From positions 24,696 through 88,695 of the forward strand of contig CAZOYD010000005.1 in NCBI GenBank assembly GCA_964583985.1: a stretch of DNA of 64,000 nt, written 5' to 3'. Every line of letters begins with the position of its first letter. Position 1 is the stretch's first letter. The position numbers and the translations under genes were made by a program. The notes under the pieces were generated by a model, which was not told where the DNA came from, made no database searches, and worked only from the letters and a program-made list of their open reading frames with translations. Shown here piece after piece: positions 59,146-64,000 of this stretch. The DNA is from an uncultured archaeon (lineage in GTDB: Archaea > Asgardarchaeota > Lokiarchaeia > Sigyniarchaeales > SOKP01).

Positions 59146-61500
59146 GTGAGAAAAAAGATGAGTGGTATCATAGAAGGATATAGAGGAGAAAAGAACCAGT
59201 TAAAAGTTAAAGATGCATTTAAAGAAGATGTAGGTCGAGGGATAGTAAGATTAGACCCAGAAGTGGTGCAAAAATTAAAGCTTAAGACTGGAGACGTCAT
59301 AGAAATATCACATCCTTTATCAGAAAAAAAAACAGCAGCATTATTATATCCTGGTAAAAATGAGGATAAAAGTAGCGGTACTATTCGCATAGATCCTTCG
59401 TTACGGCGTAATTTGAGTGCTTCTTTAGATGATATAGTTGAAATACGAAAAATTGATGCCGCTTTAGCTGATAAAATTATATTTGCAGGATTAAAGGAGG
59501 CAATTTTTACGAGGAAATCTCAACAATTAGCCAGAACCTTGGAAAATCGGATAGTGACTAAAGGTGATATCCTGAGTTTCTATGCAAGTGCAAATAAGAG
59601 AGTTGATCTCGTTGTTATTGATTATATTCCTAGAACAAAAGCTGTTAGAATCCATTTAGACACTGAAATTATAATTAGTGAAAAAAGTCATAGAGAAATT
59701 ATTGAATTAGAAAAATCTCGTGTATCATATGAGGATATTGGTGGTTTAGAAGATGAAATTCAAAAAATTAGGGAAATGATTGAATTACCCATTCGACACC
59801 CAGAAATATTTAAAAGAATTGGAATAGATCCCCCCAAAGGAGTTTTATTACATGGTCCGCCGGGGACAGGTAAAACTTTATTAGCACGTGCTGTAGCATA
59901 TGAAACTGAAGCACATTTCATCACAATTAGCGGACCGGAGATAATGAGCAAATTTTATGGTCAAAGTGAGCAAAATTTAAGAAAAATTTTTGATGAGGCA
60001 AGAGAAAAAGCACCCTCTATCATATTTATTGATGAATTGGATTCAATTGCCCCAAAAAGAGGAGAAGTAACGGGTGAAGTGGAAAGAAGAGTTGTAGCTC
60101 AGTTATTATCACTAATGGATGGATTAGAGGGAAGAGGAAAGATAATAGTAATTGGAGCAACCAACAGAGTTAATGATATTGATCCTGCTTTGCGTCGACC
60201 TGGTCGTTTCGATCGTGAAATCGAAATTGGAGTTCCTGATACTGATGGGCGATATGAAATACTTCAAATTCATACCCGAGGAATGCCAATTTATGAAGAT
60301 GTAGATCTACATACCATCGCTGAAAGAACTCATGGATTTGTTGGTGCTGATGTGGAAGCCTTAGCAAAAGAAGCAGCAATGCTAGCGATAAGAAAAATCC
60401 TGCCAAAAATTGATTTAGATAAACCCATTCCAAATGAAATATTATCTAATATTCAAATTAATATGGATAATTTTCTTGACTCCTTGAATAGTATCGAACC
60501 TTCAGCCTTGAGAGAAGTTCTTATCCAACAACCAACAGAAACTTGGGATGATGTAGGGGGACTTGAAGATGCTAAAATGCAATTGCGTGAAGTTATTGAA
60601 TGGCCCTTGAAATATCCAGAATTATATTCTCATTTAGATTCTAAACCACCGAATGGTATTTTATTGTACGGTCCACCCGGTACAGGAAAAACTTTATTAG
60701 CAAAAGCTTTAGCTCACGAAACTGATATTAATTTTATATCCGTTAAGGGACCTGAATTTCTTTCAAAATGGGTTGGTGAAAGCGAAAAAGCCGTGCGAGA
60801 AACATTTAGAAAAGCGCGTTCTGCTGCACCTTGCATTATATTTTTCGATGAAATAGATGCTATTGCTGGGCACAGGGGAAGATTTGCTGGTTCCGAAGTA
60901 ACTGAACAAGTAGTTTCTCAATTACTTACTGAAATGGATGGTTTAGAAGGATTAAAAGATGTTATTTTACTTGCCGCTACGAATAGACCCGATATGTTAG
61001 ATCCTGCTTTATTAAGGTCTGGACGATTTGGAAGGCATATTGAAATAACAATGCCAGATTTAATCACGAGAAAAGAAATTTTTAAAATTCACTTGAAAAA
61101 CAAGCCGTTAGACGGTGATGTTAACTTAGATCAATTATCAGAGAGTTTAGATGGCTATACAGGTGCTGATATTCAAGCAATTTGTGAAGAGGCAACATTA
61201 TTAACAATTAGAGAAGCCATAAAAAATGTTGATCTCAAAAAAATAGAAATTTTAAAAATCACTGGACAAATTGAATTGTTAGAGAGTGATAAAATCAGAA
61301 TGCCTAAATCTAGCGAAGAAGCAGAATCTATGGCGGCTCAAATTAAAGATCTAGAACAAAAAATTACTCAATTAAATGAAGAAATGGTCAAGAATGTAAA
61401 GATCACCAAAATGGAATTTACCAATGCAATCGAAAAAGTACTGAAAGGTGCCGATATAGCTAAGAAAGCTGAAAAAGGCTTGGAAGAAATGTATAGATAA
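59146..61500 (+). CDS. cdc48: CDC48/VCP/VAT AAA+ ATPase
   Basis: N-domain [10 protein letters not shown], two AAA modules [23 protein letters not shown] / RSGRFGR; C-terminal MYR. Confidence 0.97.
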   Translation: MRKKMSGIIEGYRGEKNQLKVKDAFKEDVGRGIVRLDPEVVQKLKLKTGDVIEISHPLSEKKTAALLYPGKNEDKSSGTIRIDPSLRRNLSASLDDIVEIRKIDAALADKIIFAGLKEAIFTRKSQQLARTLENRIVTKGDILSFYASANKRVDLVVIDYIPRTKAVRIHLDTEIIISEKSHREIIELEKSRVSYEDIGGLEDEIQKIREMIELPIRHPEIFKRIGIDPPKGVLLHGPPGTGKTLLARAVAYETEAHFITISGPEIMSKFYGQSEQNLRKIFDEAREKAPSIIFIDELDSIAPKRGEVTGEVERRVVAQLLSLMDGLEGRGKIIVIGATNRVNDIDPALRRPGRFDREIEIGVPDTDGRYEILQIHTRGMPIYEDVDLHTIAERTHGFVGADVEALAKEAAMLAIRKILPKIDLDKPIPNEILSNIQINMDNFLDSLNSIEPSALREVLIQQPTETWDDVGGLEDAKMQLREVIEWPLKYPELYSHLDSKPPNGILLYGPPGTGKTLLAKALAHETDINFISVKGPEFLSKWVGESEKAVRETFRKARSAAPCIIFFDEIDAIAGHRGRFAGSEVTEQVVSQLLTEMDGLEGLKDVILLAATNRPDMLDPALLRSGRFGRHIEITMPDLITRKEIFKIHLKNKPLDGDVNLDQLSESLDGYTGADIQAICEEATLLTIREAIKNVDLKKIEILKITGQIELLESDKIRMPKSSEEAESMAAQIKDLEQKITQLNEEMVKNVKITKMEFTNAIEKVLKGADIAKKAEKGLEEMYR

Positions 61501-61521
61501 AATTAGGAGGAACAAGATTAT

Positions 61522-62343
61522 ATGGAAATAGAAGATGAAAGATCAGATCAACAATTAATTGATTTAGATTCATTATTAATAATATTAGGTAATCCAACAA
61601 GAAGAAGTATATTATCAAAATTAGCAAAAGTCCCCCATACTGGTCCAGAAATTGCAGACGATTTGGGAATATCAAGACAAGCGATTCATAGCCAGCTAAA
61701 GTTACTTACTGATTCAGGACTTATCGAAGGACCGCCTGAAGGTTCAAGAGGTGGAACTTTTCGTATAAAAAGCAATATTTCTGTCAGAATTGAAATCTCA
61801 CCTCAATATTATAACATAAAATATAGTGCAAAACCTGCATTTAATGATTCGAATGAAATCGATTTTCAAAATATGAATTGTTCAACAACCTATTCTAAAA
61901 TTAAAACTGTAGATGATAAAATCAAATTTTTAGGGGATCAAATCCTTCAAATCGAACAAGAGATTTCCAGCTTAGATAAAGAAAGAAAAGATTTCTTGCT
62001 TCAAAAACAATGCATTCTTCAAGAGATTAGGAAATTGATGCAAGGTCAATATAAAAAAAAACTGGAAAAAAAATTGAAGGTTCGTTATAATTCAATTAAA
62101 GATAAGAGTTTAAATGATTTATTCAATCTCTCAGAAGAAATCATTTTTACTATGTTTTATAATCCACAGCGTTATAAAAATCGAGTTGACATAAACAAAC
62201 TATTAGAGGATTTATTTTTCTCGGATATGGATTCCTATCAACGAGATCAACGATTTGGGTCAATCAGGTCTCTACTAACCGATATGTCGAGCCTAATGGG
62301 TTTTTTAAGAGAAGTTGATGAAGATTGGTTTTTTGATTTCTAA
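61522..62343 (+). CDS. ArsR-like wHTH plus coiled-coil regulator (Phr/HSR1-type heat-shock regulator)
   Basis: ILGNPTRRSIL, EIADDLGISRQAIHSQLKLL, SVRIEISP, coiled coil; next to hsp20-cdc48. Confidence 0.8.
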   Translation: MEIEDERSDQQLIDLDSLLIILGNPTRRSILSKLAKVPHTGPEIADDLGISRQAIHSQLKLLTDSGLIEGPPEGSRGGTFRIKSNISVRIEISPQYYNIKYSAKPAFNDSNEIDFQNMNCSTTYSKIKTVDDKIKFLGDQILQIEQEISSLDKERKDFLLQKQCILQEIRKLMQGQYKKKLEKKLKVRYNSIKDKSLNDLFNLSEEIIFTMFYNPQRYKNRVDINKLLEDLFFSDMDSYQRDQRFGSIRSLLTDMSSLMGFLREVDEDWFFDF

Positions 62344-62375
62344 TTAAGAAACCTAATATTGATTAGAGGTTTAAA

Positions 62376-62876
62376 ATGAATTTAATCGAGTTAAAGGAAG
62401 AAATACCCAAAATCTTTGAACGGGTTAAGAAAGATGTAAAAAAAGTTTTTGGTCGTCATAGAACTGGCTTGAGTTTAGGTTTGGCAGAGATGGGGATGGT
62501 ACAAGGAGGATTTATCGGAGGCATGCATTTTGCTCCAGGTACTGAAATAATAATGAATACTTCTCCATTACGAATTATTTTAGAGACCCAATCTTATGAA
62601 ATCGTATGGGCATATACCTATCACATCCTTCTCCATGAATATATTCATTCATTAGGAGTCATTGATGAGGAACAATGCAGATTTTTGACACTTAAACTTA
62701 CTAAAGCGGTTTTTAGTGAATCAGACCATCCTGCAATTACTTTAGCTGAAAATGGTATTGGAGCTTTTATACCAAATTTAAAACTTAGATATATTCCTCC
62801 AAATCAAAAACCAGATGGCATTGTCATAGAATATATCGCAGAGTTTGAGAAGGAAAGTTATGACTATTATTCTTGA
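62376..62876 (+). CDS. Small HExxH zinc metallopeptidase
   Basis: ILLHEYIHSLGVIDE. Confidence 0.8.
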   Translation: MNLIELKEEIPKIFERVKKDVKKVFGRHRTGLSLGLAEMGMVQGGFIGGMHFAPGTEIIMNTSPLRIILETQSYEIVWAYTYHILLHEYIHSLGVIDEEQCRFLTLKLTKAVFSESDHPAITLAENGIGAFIPNLKLRYIPPNQKPDGIVIEYIAEFEKESYDYYS

Positions 62877-62950
62877 TATGAATTAATCTTTTATTTTTTA
62901 GACATTATCATTAATTATACAACATTATTTTATATCTATTAGAAAGATAA

Positions 62951-64000
62951 TTAAACACGTGGTCGATAAATATCTCTAAAACTTCAAAGCAGGATACTAA
63001 TAAGGATGATCTGGACCAAGGAATAGAAAAAAATTTTAACGCTGTAGAAGATCAATTAATTCTACAATGGAAATTTAAAGAAATAGATAAAAAACTTGTT
63101 TATGATATAAAAAAATGTATTGGATGTAGTTTATGCAAGGATGTTTGCCCAGTAGATGCAATTGAGCTAGGACCAATTCCAGAAATTGCTCAGAATATGC
63201 TAAACGATTCTAATCCTAAACTTTTAATTGATCATGATAAATGTTGCTATTGCATGCTTTGTGCGATTGTTTGCCCTAACGATGCATTCCATGAAAACAT
63301 TACCCCAGAAGGAGAAATAGACCTACAACAGTACCCTTCAATCAATAATTTTTATAGAATTGACAAAAAAGATTGTATTGAAGATACTAATAATGAAACT
63401 TGTAAGCTATGCTTGAGTGTCAGGGATAGAAATCATGTAAAGGATTATTTTATGATAGAAAAGAATTGTCCAACTAAGTGTTTTCATATCGATAGTCCAA
63501 TCGAAGGAGAAGTGATTATTAAAAAAAACATGCTACATAAATGTACTCCTGAAAATTGTAAAGCTTGCATTAACATCTGCCCCGTTCAATCCTTCTTTAT
63601 CCCAGAGACTGCAGAGGATGTAGTGAAATTTGGAAAAATAGCTTGTAATGAGGATCAATGTTTTTACTGTGGCGCATGTGAAAATAGCTGTCCAGACGAT
63701 CTAATAATGGTTAATCGAAAAAACATCAAAATTGTTGATCCTAAAAAAATCGGTAATTACCCTTGGAAGGAAGGCTGGATAAAAAATATTAAGGAAATCC
63801 TCAAGTTAAATATCATTAAAGGAAAAGAACAAATAAATATTCCAATCATCGAACAAGAGGTTAAAAAAACCACAGAAAAGATACTAGAAAAGATACCTCA
63901 ACTCACTACAGAAGACAAAGAACAACTAAATGAATTAAATAATAAAATCCAGAAATTTTTGAAATCATCAAAAATCCGATATTGGATGAAAGATAAAAAA
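62951..64000 (+). CDS. FwdF-like polyferredoxin, 3'-truncated by the window end; not in the ORF track; start codon unresolved
   Basis: Open frame after TAA at 62948-62950: CIGCSLCKDVCP, CCYCMLCAIVCP, CKLC...CP, CKACINICP, CFYCGACENSCP. Confidence 0.85.

Noticed and set aside
219-61675. Numerous 60-150 aa ORFs antisense to or overlapping well-supported genes (e.g. 219-443, 7832-8107, 12263-12502, 22769-23059, 23810-24163, 42877-43341, 52287-52679)
   Set aside because: Shadow ORFs of the coding strand with no motifs

Overview
AT-rich, gene-dense archaeal chromosome segment. Gene content and style (archaeal Rpo3/eL18/uL13/uS9, thermosome, CDC48, Arf/Rag-like GTPase fused to a roadblock/longin-like domain, stand-alone 7TM protein) point to an Asgard archaeon, most likely Lokiarchaeia; this is an inference, no search was run. 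About 60 CDS, mostly housekeeping. No tRNA, rRNA, CRISPR array or transposase could be supported. Main highlights: (1) an hdrA::mvhD-hdrC-hdrB-metV-metF-lrp operon, a candidate electron-bifurcating methylene-tetrahydrofolate/pterin reductase complex of the type proposed for acetogenic bacteria, preceded by phased repeats and a leader with alternative hairpins, plus a second metVF pair and a core (MesC-like) methionine synthase; (2) an hsp20-cdc48-Phr/HSR1-like regulator-HExxH protease operon with a candidate operator; (3) an MglA-like GTPase-wHTH fusion that has no canonical start codon upstream of its P-loop (ATT start likely) and a natural Gln-to-Leu change in G3; (4) a circularly permuted ATP-grasp ligase beside an acidic Cys-tailed small protein, a hydrolase, a Clp1 kinase and a GNAT; (5) a candidate structured intergenic RNA near 41.7 kb.
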